A DNA stretch of 64,000 nt from an uncultured beta proteobacterium (GTDB lineage: Bacteria; Pseudomonadota; Gammaproteobacteria; Burkholderiales; Casimicrobiaceae). Shown in pieces: positions 28,528-45,485 of this stretch. The position numbers and the translations under genes are program-made. Within the stretch, counting starts at the first letter, position 1. Each line of letters begins with the position of its first letter. The DNA lies in assembly GCA_963827095.1 (NCBI GenBank), contig CAWGZZ010000013.1, positions 139,037 through 203,036 of the forward strand, written 5' to 3'. Below the pieces are notes generated by a model. That model was not told where the DNA came from. It saw only the letters and a program-made list of their open reading frames with translations, and ran no database searches.

Positions 28528-30259
28528 TCAGGAAACGGGCTTGATCGAATCGGGGTTGATCGTCGCGTCGAAGCGCGCGACGACGTCGCGCACGAACGGC
28601 TCGTCGCGGAACTGGGCTTCGGTGCGGGCCTTGTGCTCCGCGCGCTCGCGCCGCGCCTGCGCGGCGAGCGAGGTGTCCTCCGCCGACGACACCTCGAACG
28701 CGAGCCGGACCTTCATCCCGGTGGCCTCGTCGAGCGCGGCCTTCAGCTTGTCGGCGTAAACCTTGTCGGTGAGATGCCGCTGCGCGTCCGGCACGCCCAG
28801 CACGAGCTCGCGGTCGGTGCAGCGCAGGAGCGCGGTCTGCGCCGCGAGCTGCCCGGCGATGCCGCCGAGCCGCAGGCCGGCGACGAATGCCGGCCAGGCG
28901 CCCGGATCCGTGGGAAGCGCCCGCACCGGCGGGCCGGCCTCGGCCGCCGGTCCGCCGACGGCAGCGGGCGCAGCGCGCGCGGCAACGGTCGCCGATCCGG
29001 CAGCGGGTTCCGCGACTCGATTGACGGCGCGCGGGCGCCCGCGTGGGCGCGGCAGCGGGCACCGGCCCAGCCGTGGACGGAGCCAGGGACACCGCGGCCG
29101 CGGACGCCGGCCGCGGGCCCGGCGCGGCTCGCTGCCGCGGCGCGCCGTCGACCGCCGCGGGCTTGCCCGCGCCGCCCCCTGGCTCGAACGCCAACAGGCG
29201 CAGCAGGGTCATGGCGAAGCCGGTGGCCTCGTCCGGCGCAAGCGGCAGGTCGGCGCGACCCTGCACGCAGATCTGGTAGGCGAGCTGCACCAGCTCGGGC
29301 GACATCGCAGCCGCGTACGCGGCGACCCGCTCGCCGTCGTCGGTGGCCTGCGCGGCCGCCGGCACGGCCTGCACCGTCGCGATGCGGTGGTACAGCGACG
29401 CGAGCTCCTCGAGCGCCGAGGCGAAGGCGATGCTGCGCGCCGACAGCGCGTCGACCTCGGCCAGCAGCGCCGGCCCGTCGCCGGCGAGCAGCGCGTCGGC
29501 GAGCCGGTAGACGTGCTGCGTGTCGACTGCGCCCAGCATCGCGCGCACGGCGGGCTCGCGCACTTCGCCGCTGCCGTAGGCGATCGCCTGGTCGAGCAGC
29601 GACAGCGCGTCGCGCATCGATCCCTGCGCGGCGCGGGCGACCAGCGCCAGCGCCCGCGGGTCGGCGGCGATCTCCTCGGCGGCCAGCACCGACGCGAGCC
29701 GCTCCTCGATCAGCGCCACCGGCAGCTGCTTCAGGTTGAACTGCAGGCAGCGCGACAGCACGGTGACCGGGATCTTCTGCGGATCGGTGGTCGCGAGCAC
29801 GAAGCGCACGTGCTCCGGCGGCTCCTCGAGCGTCTTCAGCATCGAATTGAAGGCCGCCTTCGACAGCATGTGGACTTCGTCGATCAGGTAGACCTTGTAG
29901 CGGCCCACCGTCGGCGCGTAGCGCGCGTTGTCGAGGATCTCGCGCATGTTGTCGATGCCGGTGTTCGACGCGGCGTCGAGCTCGAGCAGGTCGACGAAGC
30001 GGCCGGCGTCGATGTCGAGGCACGCCGCGCAGGTTCCGCAGGGCGTCGCCGTGACGCCGTTGGTGATGCAGTTGAGGCTCTTGGCGAGGATGCGCGCGAT
30101 GGTGGTCTTGCCGACCCCGCGCGTTCCGGTCAGCAGGTAGGCATGGTGCAGGCGGCCGCGGGTGAGCGCATTGGTCAGCGCCTGCACCACGTGCGCCTGT
30201 CCGGCGAGCTCGGCGAAGCTCTTCGGGCGCCACTTGCGGGCCAGCACCTGATAGGTCAT
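28528..30259 (-). pseudogene. dnaX: DNA polymerase III subunit tau/gamma; one +1 frame break in the Pro/Ala-rich linker
   Basis: [28 protein letters not shown]...[23 protein letters not shown]...[11 protein letters not shown]...[10 protein letters not shown]. The C-terminal domain (...[24 protein letters not shown]...[18 protein letters not shown]) lies in frame +1 from about 29000. The 1732 nt equal 1731+1. Confidence 0.9.
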
Positions 30260-30385
30260 GTCGGTCGGGCGTCGGGCATTGCGCGTTCGGCGAAGATCCG
30301 CAACGATGATCGATGCGCCGTCAGGCGCAGTGGAACTCGGTTGCGCTCAGTTTCGACCTGAACGCCGAACGCGCGAGCCCAAGAG

Positions 30386-30485
30386 GGGTGGCGAGCCGTT
30401 CCCCCGGCACTTGCAGTGAGTCGCTGTGGCTGCTTCCTTCCGGACCTGACCAGGTTCACGACGCTGCAATGCGGGGCGACCCGCC
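30386..30485 (-). ncRNA. ffs: signal recognition particle RNA (4.5S/SRP RNA, small bacterial type)
   Basis: The minus strand contains the conserved domain IV core CCUGGUCAGGUCCGGAAGGAAGCAGCCACAG. The flanking arms pair: GGCGGGUCG with CGGCUCGCC, and UUGCAG with CUGCAA. It lies about 125 nt upstream of dnaX on the same strand. Confidence 0.85.
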
Positions 30486-30725
30486 TTTGATCGGTGGCGC
30501 AACGTGCGCCTCGTGGATTATCGGCTATCGGTGCGTCCACGGCAAGCAATCGGCGGCGGACGGGACCGGGCCCATCCCCCCGCGCCCGCCACGCAGGGGG
30601 GTGCGGCGACGGGTCCTGCACTCCCGGGGGACCGACGCTGCCGGAACAGGTCGGCACGCCCGCTGTCTATAATCGGCCGCGCCCCCCGCCTTCCAAGCGT
30701 CCGCGCCGCCTCCCCCCGCCCGAAA

Positions 30726-33591
<2,866 letters not shown>

Positions 33592-33663
33592 GCCGGGATT
33601 CTACCAAACGCAGTCAGCGCTTCGCGACGCGGCGTGTCTCGGCGTGGCCCGACATGCTCCCGC

Positions 33664-33754
33664 GTAGCCCGGCGTTGAGCCGCTGGCGAAACCCGGGGCA
33701 ACGGCGGCCATTGCCACGACCACCCGGGTTTCGCTGCGCTCAACACCGGGCTAC
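33664..33754. repeat. REP-like element, inverted pair A (between the rarA stop and the serS start)
   Basis: GTAGCCCGGCGTTGAGCCGCTGGCGAAACCCGGGG (33664-33698) faces CCCGGGTTTCGCTGCGCTCAACACCGGGCTAC (33723-33754). It belongs to the same unit family as pairs B and C. Confidence 0.8.
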
Positions 33755-33760
33755 ACCGGC

Positions 33761-35083
33761 TCACGAATCGTCGCCGCGTGCCTTGGCGTCCTGCGCCCGC
33801 AGCCAGAGGAGCTTGTCGCGGATCTTCGCCTCCAGCCCGCGCTCGGTCGGCTCGTACCACGACACTTGCGCCATGTCGTCGGGAAAATAGTGCTCGCCGG
33901 CGGCGAAGGCGCCCTCCTCGTCGTGCGCGTAGCGGTAGCCCTTGCCGTAGCCCAGGCCCTTCATCAGCTTCGTCGGCGCGTTGCGCAGCCGCAGCGGCAC
34001 CGGCCGCGAGCCGTCCTCGGCGATGAACGCGCGCGCCGCGTTGTACGCGACGTAGACGGCGTTGGACTTCGCCGCGCACGCGAGATAGATGCACGGCCTG
34101 CGCGAGCGCCAGCTCGCCCTCCGGCGTGCCGAGCCGCTCGTAGGTCTCGACCGCCGCCAGCGCAAGGCTCAGCGCGCGCGGATCGGCGAGGCCGATGTCC
34201 TCGCTCGCCATGCGGATCAGCCGCCGCCCGACGTAGAGCGGATCGGCGCCGCCGTCGAGCATCCGGCACATCCAGTACAGCGCGGCGTCCGGATTCGAGC
34301 CGCGCACCGCCTTGTGCAGCGCCGAGATCTGGTCGTAGAACGCCTCGCCGCCCTTGTCGAAGCGGCGCAGCGAGCGGGCGATCGTCGCCTCGACGAAGCC
34401 GAGGTCGATCGGCGCGCCGCGGCCGCTGCCCGCGGCGGTGGCGAGCTGCTCGACCATGTTGACGAGCCGGCGGCCGTCGCCGTCGGCATACGCGATCAGC
34501 GCGTCGCGCGCGGTCGGCTCGACCGTCATGCCCGGGAGCGCGACCGCGAGCGACCGGTCGAGGAGCGCCGCGAGCTCGTCCGCGGCCAGCGGCTCGCAGC
34601 ACGTAGACCGCCGCGCGCGAGAGCAGCGCGCCGTTGACCTCGAACGACGGGTTCTCGGTCGTCGCGCCGATGAACGTGACGATCCCCTGCTCGACGTAGG
34701 GCAGGAACGCGTCCTGCTGCGCCTTGTTGAAGCGGTGCACCTCGTCGACGAACAGGATCGTGTGCCGTCCCGACTGCGGCGAGCGTCGCCTCGGCCCGCG
34801 CGACCGCGTCGCGGATGTCCTTGACGCCGGAGAGCACCGCCGACAGTGCGATGAACTCGGCGTTGAACGCCTCCGCCATCAGCCGCGCGAGCGTGGTCTT
34901 GCCCACGCCCGGCGGACCCCACAGGATCATCGAATGGGGCTTTCCCGACGCGAACGCCACGGCGAGCGGCTTGCCCGGGCCGAGCAGGTGGCGCTGGCCG
35001 ATCACGTCGGCGACGGCTTCCGGGCGCAGCCGCTCGGCGAGCGGCGCGGCCGGATTGTTCGGGGCGAAGAGGTCGTCGGCCAT
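33761..35083 (-). pseudogene. rarA: replication-associated recombination protein A (AAA+ ATPase RarA/MgsA); three +1 frame breaks
   Basis: Segments: [26 protein letters not shown]...[19 protein letters not shown] | [42 protein letters not shown] | ...[40 protein letters not shown] | [15 protein letters not shown]...[23 protein letters not shown]. The frames run 0,1,2,0. Confidence 0.9.
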
Positions 35084-35161
35084 CGCGTCGCTATGGGCGG
35101 GGCGAGAGGCGCCGGTCGCGCGACGCGGTCGTTCGCGGCGCCGTTTCCCATGGCGAGCCCG

Positions 35162-35798
35162 CTACTCCCCGACGATGTCCGCGCCGGGCGGCGTGACGAA
35201 GCGGAACTGCGCCGCATCGAGCGGCGGGTTGCGCTCGAAGTCCGCGAACACGAGCGTCGTCACGTTGCCGAAAGTGTCGGTCAGCTCCATCACGCGCGGC
35301 AGGTTGTCCTTGAAGCCGATGCGCACGCGCTCGAACCCGGTATCCGCCGCTTTGGGCCGGGCCTCGATCAGCTCGAGGCCGCCGCCGCTGCCGCCGTCGC
35401 TGACGATGAAGTTGCGCTCCAGCGCGTTGTCGCCCGCGAGCAGCGCCGCCGGGCTCGACCCGAGGGCGAGATCGAGCTTGCGCACGATGACCTGGTTCAG
35501 GTCGCGGTCGTAGATCCAGAGCTTGGCGCCGTCGCCGACGATCAGCTGCTCGTAGGGCTTTTCGTACGCCCAGCGGAACTTGCCCGGGCCGCTGGAAGGT
35601 GAACGTGCCGGTCGACTCCTTGACCGCGGACTGGCCCTTGCCCACGACCCGCTGCGCGAACGCGGCCTTGCCGGTGCGCGCGCTGCCGACGAAGGCCTGC
35701 AGCTGCTCGAGGCCGCTCGCCTCGACGGCGGCCGCGGCGGCGAGCGCCAGCGCTGCCAGCAGCGCCGCGGCGCCTCGGCACGGGTAGCGGGAGGTCAC
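35162..35798 (-). pseudogene. lolA: outer-membrane lipoprotein carrier protein LolA; one +1 frame break
   Basis: VTSRYPCRGAAALLAALALAAAAAVEASGLEQLQAFVGSARTGKAAFAQRV...GTFTFQRPG | KFRWAYEKPYEQLIVGDGAKLWIYDRDLNQVIVRKLDLALGSSPAALLAG. There is an extra G/C in cccGGGcaag at about 35584. The 637 nt equal 636+1. Confidence 0.85.
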
Positions 35799-35800
35799 GA

Positions 35801-36145
35801 TCAGGTCCCTGGAATGTTGACGATGCAGTTGCCGACGGCGTCGAGGATGACGTACGTGTGGTCGCGCCCCTTGATGTCCTTCATGCCGCCCGCCTCCTTG
35901 TACTGCTGCGCGAACACGCGCCACGTGTCGAACGCCCATTCCGGGTCGAACTCGCAGCCGCTCACGTACCAGTTCGGGCCGCAGAAATCGGGCGGCAGCA
36001 GCGTCCGGGCGCGCTCGATCGCCTGCGCCGCCGTGATGCGGGGCGCGTCGGGCGGCCGGTCGCGCGGGCAGTACGCGCCTTCGCGATAGACCAGGACCGG
36101 GCCGCCGAGTGCGGTCGAAGCGCAAAGAAAGAGGCGGCGACGTAG
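35801..36145 (-). CDS. small Cys-containing hypothetical protein wedged between ftsK and lolA; start codon not identifiable
   Basis: Strong GC3 coding signal through ...[100 protein letters not shown]. The TGA 35803-35801 is 2 nt from the lolA GTG. Upstream, the frame runs into REP pair B with no in-frame ATG, GTG or TTG. Confidence 0.45.
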   Translation of the reverse strand, partial: LRRRLFLCASTALGGPVLVYREGAYCPRDRPPDAPRITAAQAIERARTLLPPDFCGPNWYVSGCEFDPEWAFDTWRVFAQQYKEAGGMKDIKGRDHTYVILDAVGNCIVNIPGT

Positions 36146-36226
36146 CCCGGCGTTGAGCGCAGCGAAACCCGGGCAACCTGCCCATGGCCCCTGCCCCCGG
36201 GTTTCGCTGCGCTCAACCCGGGCTAC
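36142..36226. repeat. REP-like element, inverted pair B (between the ftsK stop and the small ORF)
   Basis: GTAGCCCGGCGTTGAGCGCAGCGAAACCCGGG (36142-36173) faces CCCGGGTTTCGCTGCGCTCAACCCGGGCTAC (36196-36226). Confidence 0.85.
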
Positions 36227-36261
36227 GACCCGGGCTGCGATCCGCGCAACGCGGCCCGCGT

Positions 36262-38575
<2,314 letters not shown>

Positions 38576-38740
38576 CACCCTCTTTCTTCTTGAAAAACAT
38601 GAATTTGCCGCCGAGACTTCAAGCGACGCATTATACAGGTTTCGGGAACCGGTCGGAAGGCGCAGCACCCTCGGGCCGGGGAAGGACTGCGCCGACGGAG
38701 CGCATCCCCATTTCGATTACAATCGCCGATTGGCCTCTAG

Positions 38741-39718
<978 letters not shown>

Positions 39719-39751
39719 GCCGCCGCCGGTCCCCGTGATCGCGCGCCGCGC

Positions 39752-39857
39752 GTAGCCCGGGTTGAGCGTGAGCGAAACCCGGGTGGGCCTGCGGCCGGCG
39801 TGCATCGTGGGCATCGCCGCGTCCACCCGGGTTTCGCTCACGCTCAACCCGGGCTAC
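39752..39857. repeat. REP-like element, inverted pair C (between trxB and the Smr gene)
   Basis: GTAGCCCGGGTTGAGCGTGAGCGAAACCCGGG (39752-39783) faces CCCGGGTTTCGCTCACGCTCAACCCGGGCTAC (39826-39857), an exact reverse complement. Each unit can also fold on itself: CCCGGGTT, 12 nt, AACCCGGG. Confidence 0.85.
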
Positions 39858-39892
39858 GATTGGCGCACCGTCATCGAGTCGGGTGTTCATCC

Positions 39893-40600
39893 ATGGCGAA
39901 GCTGGCGGACCTGAAGAAGATCGTCGACGAGGCGCGCGCCGCCGTGCCGCCGCCGAAGCACGCCTCGGGGGCGGCGACGAAGCAGATCCCGCTGCCGGCG
40001 ACGGGCCGCGCAGCGCCCCCGCCGGCGTCACCCAAGCGCGCGCTCGCGGCGCAAAAGCATGCGGGCGGCGACATCGACCTCGCGCAGGCGTTCGCCGACG
40101 TGCAACGCCTCGCACCCACCACGCGCCGCAGGCACTCGCCGCCGCGCCCGGCGCCGATCCCGGCGCAACGGATCGCCGACGATCGCGACGCGCTCGAAGC
40201 GTCGAAGTACGGCGACAACCCGGCCCCCGACTCGTGGGAGGTCGGCCAGGAGCTGGAGGGCGAGCAGACGTTCCTGCGCTCCGGGCTGGGCAGCGACATC
40301 CTGGCGAAGCTGCGGCGCGGCCACTGGTCGGTGCGCGGCGAGCTCGACCTGCACGGGCTCAATTCCGACGAGGCGCGCGACGTCCTGGCCGATTTCCTCT
40401 TCGCCGCGAGGCAGCACGGCGACCGCTGCGTGCGGGTGATCCACGGCAAGGGCCTCACGTCCCCCAACCGCGAGCCGGTCCTCAAGGGCAAGGTGAGGCG
40501 CTGGCTCGCGCATTGGGACGACGTGCTCGCCTATTGCGAGGCACCTCGCCACGCGGGCGGCGGCGGCGCGGTGCTGATCCTGCTGCGCGGGAAGTCGTAG
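39893..40600 (+). CDS. Smr/MutS2-type endonuclease domain protein
   Basis: MAKLADLKKIV... with a C-terminal Smr domain: [56 protein letters not shown]. Intact. Confidence 0.8.
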   Translation: MAKLADLKKIVDEARAAVPPPKHASGAATKQIPLPATGRAAPPPASPKRALAAQKHAGGDIDLAQAFADVQRLAPTTRRRHSPPRPAPIPAQRIADDRDALEASKYGDNPAPDSWEVGQELEGEQTFLRSGLGSDILAKLRRGHWSVRGELDLHGLNSDEARDVLADFLFAARQHGDRCVRVIHGKGLTSPNREPVLKGKVRRWLAHWDDVLAYCEAPRHAGGGGAVLILLRGKS

Positions 40601-40603
40601 CGG

Positions 40604-41431
40604 CTACAGCACCCGGTGCGTCAGCGCCGGCAGTTCCGCGCGCACGTCGGCGAGCCGTGCAGGATCGACGTCGCCGACGACCACACCCGGACCCTCCGCG
40701 TGCTCGGCGACGACCTCGCCCCAGGGATCGACCAGCAGCGAATGACCGTAGGTCCGGCGGCCGTTCGGATGCGTGCCGCCCTGCGCCGCCGCCAGCACGT
40801 AGCACTGGTTCTCGACCGCGCGGGCGCGCAGCAGCAGGTGCCAGTGCGCCGCACCGGTGGTTGCGGTGAATGCGGCGGGAACGAGGATCAGCGCGAGCTC
40901 GCCCAGGCCGCGGTAGAGCTCGGGAAAGCGCAGGTCGTAGCACACGGACATCCCGACCCGCCCGCACGGCGCGTCGAACGCGACCGGCGTGGTCCCGGGC
41001 TCGATCGTGCGTCCCTCCTCGTAGCGCTCGGCGCCGCGCGTGAAGGCGAAGAGGTGGATCTTGTCGTAACGCGCGATCCGCGCGCCGTCCGGGCCGAAGA
41101 CGAGACTCGCGCTGCGCACGCGCTGCGCGTCGCTGCAGGCGAGCGGCACGGTCCCGCCGACGAGGTGGATCGCGTGCCGGCGCGCCTGCGCCGCGAGCCA
41201 GTCCTGCTGCGCCCCACCGCCGTCGGCTTCGCGCGCCGCCAGCTTGTCGGTGGGCCGGGCGCCGAGGATGCCGAAATACTCCGGCAGCAGGACGAGGCGC
41301 GCGCCCTGCGCGGCGGCGGCCGCGATCAACGGCTCGGCCTGCGCCAGATTGGCGGCGACGTCGCCGCCGGACACCGTCTGCACGGCGGCCACCCGGAACG
41401 ACGGCTTTCCGTTCGTCTGCTCACCCTGCAT
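40604..41431 (-). CDS. carbon-nitrogen hydrolase (nitrilase superfamily, Nit/YafV-like)
   Basis: FRVAAVQTVSG...LVLLPEYF (catalytic Glu)...ARYDKIHLF (Lys)...GMSVCYDLRFPELY (Cys)...VLAAAQGG. Intact. I prefer ATG 41431, which has GGAGG 8 nt upstream. In-frame ATGs also lie at 41461 and 41506 inside the tandem array, and the longest ORF starts at TTG 41557. Confidence 0.85.
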   Translation of the reverse strand: MQGEQTNGKPSFRVAAVQTVSGGDVAANLAQAEPLIAAAAAQGARLVLLPEYFGILGARPTDKLAAREADGGGAQQDWLAAQARRHAIHLVGGTVPLACSDAQRVRSASLVFGPDGARIARYDKIHLFAFTRGAERYEEGRTIEPGTTPVAFDAPCGRVGMSVCYDLRFPELYRGLGELALILVPAAFTATTGAAHWHLLLRARAVENQCYVLAAAQGGTHPNGRRTYGHSLLVDPWGEVVAEHAEGPGVVVGDVDPARLADVRAELPALTHRVL

Positions 41432-41517
41432 CTGCGTTCCCTCCGTCTGCGTTCCCTGCATCTGCGTTCCCCGCGTCCGGGTCCCCTGCAATCGCGCCCC
41501 CCGCATCGTCGCCACCC
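41413..41517. repeat. degenerate 15-bp tandem array (about 7 units) spanning the yhdP-nit intergenic region and the nit start
   Basis: Units tcgtctgctcaccct / gcatctgcgttccct / ccgtctgcgttccct / gcatctgcgttcccc / gcgtccgggtcccct / gcaatcgcgcccccc / gcatcgtcgccaccc. On the coding strand they read as pentapeptide steps RGARL QGTRT RGTQM QGTQT EGTQM QGEQT. Confidence 0.8.
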
Positions 41518-41564
41518 TGTTCGCTGCCGGGCGAGCGGGTTCGCCCTTCCCGCCCAACTCCCCG

Positions 41565-44500
41565 CTACGGCGTCGGTCCGGCGGCGGCCTTCGCGGCGCC
41601 TGGTCGGGTGACCACCGGGTCGGCCCAGCTTCCCGTTACCTGGTATTCGTAGCTGAACATCTGCTCGAACGGATCGCGAAACACTTTCTGCGCGAGCAGG
41701 GAACCGGCCCCGATCGCCGCGCCGATGATCGGATTGGCCAGGAACAGCAGCGCGGCGCCGGTGGAGATGCTGGCGGACAGCGACGGCAGCACCTTCACCG
41801 CCAGGTGCTGCGTTTCGCTCGCCAGGTCGACGTCGCCCGAGATCTCGACCTTGGCGGCCGGCCCGGCGAGGCGCAGGTTCGAGGTCTTCAGCACCCCATT
41901 CTGGATGCGGACGTCGCCGGCGATCTCGTCGAAGGCGAAACCCTCGCTGAAGACGTCGGTGAAATCGAGCGTGATGCGTCGCGGCAGCGCCTGCAGCGAG
42001 AGGACGCCGAGCAGCTTGCCAATGCCGGGCTCGATCTTGGTGAAGCGGCCCGGACCGACGTCGATGCGGAAGGCGCCGGAGAGCGTGGGATAGTCGAAGT
42101 CGCTCGGTGCCCCGGCCCATTCGAGCGTGCCGCTCACCTTGGTCGGCGCGTTCTGCACGGCGTCGAGGTAGCCGATGCGGGAGAGGAACTTGCCTGCGTC
42201 CGTCACCGCCAGCGCGATGTCGAGCCGCGTCTGCTGGTCGTTGCCCGCCGACTGCCAGCGGCCGCTGGCGTCGAGCCGCCCGCCGTCGTTGGCGAGCGCA
42301 AGCTTGTCGATCCGCCACTCCGTGCCGCGCGGATGGGCGACGAACTCCAACTGCCCGACGTCGCGGCCGCGCAGGAACAGCGCCTCGGCCCGGACGTCGA
42401 TTTCGGGCCACGGATTGTCGGTGCCCGCCTCGACCTTGGTGGGGGCCGCGGCCGGCGCGGCCTTGCCGTGCGGGACTTGCGCGGCGTCGGGCGGGAGGAA
42501 ACGCGAGAGGCGAGCGGACAGCCGGCCGTTGGGCGCATCGCGCGACGGCGCGCTCCACGTCGCCGTGCCGGCCAGCTCCTTCGCGCGCATGTCGAGGTTC
42601 CAGTCATCCTTCGCCCGCCGCGCGCTCACCTTCATGTCGTTGAAGTGGCGCCCGACGGCTTCCAGCGCGCCGACCTCGAGATCGATGCCGGCGACCTCGA
42701 GGCTGTCGCGGCCGGCGGGCATCGGCGGCGCCCGCCGTTTCACCGCGAGCCAGTCGTCCAGATTGAGCGCCGGCAGCACGCCGCGCACCCACAGCCCCGG
42801 ACGATCGGCGCGCTCGGCCGCGCCGCCGTCCGCCGCCCGGCCGAGCACGAACAGCGCGCGATCGACGGTGGCACCATCGGGCGCCAGCTTGCGATGGAGC
42901 AGCAACCGGCCCACCTGTCCGTAGGTCACCGTCAGCGTGTCCTCGTTCGGCGCGGCCGCGTTGCCCCGGCGCGCGACGCGCAGCGGCACGGCCTCGCCCG
43001 CCGGCTTGCCGAGCGGCGCCGGAAGGTCGATCGCCGTGTTGCGCAGCGTGCTTTCGAGCGACCACGACGACGAGGCGCCGATGCTCGCCGCGAGGCTCCA
43101 GTCGACGCTGCCCGAAACGGCGTCGCCGAACGGCGGATTGAACTCGCGGCGCAGCGCCGCGACCGACGTGCTGCCCGTCCCGGAGACCTGCACCTCGTCG
43201 GCGTCGCTGGTGATGCCGATCTTCGCCGGCCCGCCGAGCACCTCGACCGCGACGTCGCGCGCGACCGCGCCCTTCTCCGAGAACTGCAGCTTGCCGTTGA
43301 TCGCGGAGAGCGGCGGCGCGCCGGCGAGCCGCAGCTCGTTGCCGGTCACCGCGTATTCTCCGGTGACCCGCGTTCCCGCCGTCTGCCCGAGCGGCAGCAC
43401 CACGTTGCAGCGCGAGCCGGCCGGTGCCCGTGGCCTGCGCGCCGTCGGTGTAGTGGTCGATCCATCCGGCGACCGGGCTCTCGTCGATGAAGCGCAGGAC
43501 GTCGGCGGTCGCCATCGTCCCGGCGCCGTCGATGTGCAGCAGCGGATGGTCCGCGCGCAGGTCGTCGATCTCCACCTTGAAGCTGCCGAGCTGGGCTCCG
43601 GCCATGCGGCCTCGCGCGGCGTCGACGGTGAGGCGCGTCCCGTCCAGCCGCAGGTCGGCATCGAGATCCGACAGCGGCGGCCATCCCGCCGCATAATCGA
43701 GCGCCCCGCCGCCGACCCTGGTCGCGATCGTGAATTGCCCGCCCTTGCGATCCGCGAAGGGAAAGTCCGCTAGCCGGCCGGCGAGCTTGATCCGGACTTC
43801 TCCGGTCGTTCCCCCCGTGAGCGCCGCGCGCAGCCATTCCCGGACCTTCGGCTCGGTCGCCGTCGGCAGGTAACGGTGCACCTGCGCGACGCTGATGTGG
43901 CTGAGCTGCGCATTGACGTCGATCGTGCCCGGACCCTGCGCAGTGCTTCGGTATTGCCCCGACGCGCGGCCTGTCGTGTCCTCGATCGCGAACTCGAGCC
44001 GCTCGATGCGCACCACCGTCTGGTCGGGCCGGTGCTCCCAGCTCACGTCACCCTGCAGGCGTTCGACCGGCACCGCGTCGGCCAGCACGCCGCCGAGCTC
44101 GAGGGCCGCGCTGCGGCTCGTGAGCTTGAGGTCGCCGGCGGCCTGCGTCATCTCCATGCGGCCGGACAGTCCGGCGATGCCGGGCAGGTTGCCACGGGAG
44201 GCCACGCCGACGTCGGTGAAATCCGCGGCCGCGCTGTACACGCTTGGCGTCTCGAGCGCGCCTTCCCACAGGATGCGGCCGCGCGTGAGCGTCCCGCGCG
44301 GCGCATACAGCGCGAGGTTCGACCGCACGCTCTCCGGCAGCGGCAGCTGCGCCGCCAGCTCGCGCAGCGGCGCGAGCTGCAGCCGGTCGAACTCGATCAG
44401 TCCCGTGGCCCCCCCGCCGCGCTCGCCGTGCGCCACGCGACGGAAAGATCGGTCGGATCGAAACGCAGTCCGGCGGTGGTGACGAACGCGAGCTGGCGCG

Positions 44501-45485
44501 TGTAGACCTCATGGCGGGGCGGCGCGACGCGCCAGCCGGCGCGCCCCGAGAGGCTCGCGAGATCGAGCTCGGGCTGGCCGACGGCGAGCCTCGCCTTCAC
44601 CTCCTTCAGCTCGAGGTCGGCGACGACGTCCTTCGGCCCCCCGTCGGCGAACTCGACCCACATCCGCACCGCGCCCTGTCCGCTGGTGATGGGGGCCGGA
44701 AACGGCAGCCATTCGCTCCACGCCGCGATGTCCGCGTAATCGAGTCGCGCGTAGAGCTTCCCCGTCGCCCGCTGCCAGTCGCCGGCGACCGCCCCGCGGA
44801 AATCCCCGCGCACGTCGATCGGCGCGGCAATCTCCGCCGGCGGCGTCCCGCGCAGGCCGAAGCGGTGCCGGCCGAAGTGACTCTCGAGCCGGAACACGAC
44901 GTGGTCGAGCACGAGTTGCGGCGCATTGCGCAGGTCGTCGTTCCAGGTGACGAGGGCGTCGCGGACGTCGATGTGCGGCTGCCGCAGCAGCCACGCGGCG
45001 ATCGGCGAATCGTCGCTCACCTGGTCCGGGTCGAATTCCATGCCGGCGATGCGCAGCATGCCGGCACGGTCGCGCCGGATGGCGAGGCGCGGCTTGACGA
45101 TGACGAGCTGCTTCAGGCGCAGGTCGAGCGCCGGCAAGGACGTCCACGCGACGACGAGGTCGACTTCGGGCAGGTCGAGCAGAGGCGTGGTGCCGGTGCC
45201 GCTGCGCACCCGTAAGCCGTGAACCACCACCTTGGGATTCCAGCCGTCCCAGCCGGTGGACAGCCGCTCGATCTCCACGGGCTGCTGCAGCTGCGCCGAC
45301 AACGCGGCGGCGAGATCGTCGCGGTAGTTCTCGACGTGCGGGAACACGACGAAGCGCACCAGGAGCAGCGCCACGCAGAACAGCGCGATCCCCGACACCA
45401 AGGCCATCCCGCCGAAACGCAGGATCCGGATCAGTGCCGCGGCGAGCGGGGACGGGGCGCGAACGGGCGCGCGCTGGGAAGGCAT
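41565..45485 (-). pseudogene. yhdP: YhdP/AsmA2-family large inner-membrane-anchored protein (TIGR02099-like); two or three frame breaks
   Basis: N-terminal TM: ILRFGGMALVSGIALFCVALLLVRFVVFP...VEIERLSTGWDGWNPKVVVHGLRV. The C-terminus ...GDVDLASETQHLAVKVLPSLSASISTGAALLFLANPIIGAAIGAGSLLAQKVFRDPFEQMFSYEYQVTGSWADPVV is typical of YhdP. Hops lie near 44420 (a -1/+2 type) and near 43430. Confidence 0.8.

Noticed and set aside
28130-30259. A 709-codon ORF joining dnaX to ybaB, and the possibility that the dnaX frame change is the programmed -1 frameshift that makes the gamma subunit.
   Set aside because: The stretch between the tau linker and ybaB in that frame is Arg-rich nonsense, while the genuine tau C-terminal domain lies in the +1 frame (28528-28926). 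The hop is needed to make full-length tau, not to terminate early. It has the same +1 direction as the other breaks, and I saw no A/T-rich slippery run such as AAAAAAG anywhere in the gene.
30504-30725. An N-terminal extension of mltF back to GTG 30504 (MRLVDYRLSV...).
   Set aside because: The extension is Arg/Pro-rich nonsense lying immediately next to the SRP RNA locus. The recognisable protein begins with the membrane anchor LALVAAGVALAAVGV just after TTG 30726.
36100-36145. RRRLFLCAS at the 5' end of the small ftsK-lolA ORF as a lipoprotein signal peptide with a lipobox.
   Set aside because: The hydrophobic region is only three residues long and no start codon precedes it, so it does not meet the usual n-region/h-region/lipobox architecture.
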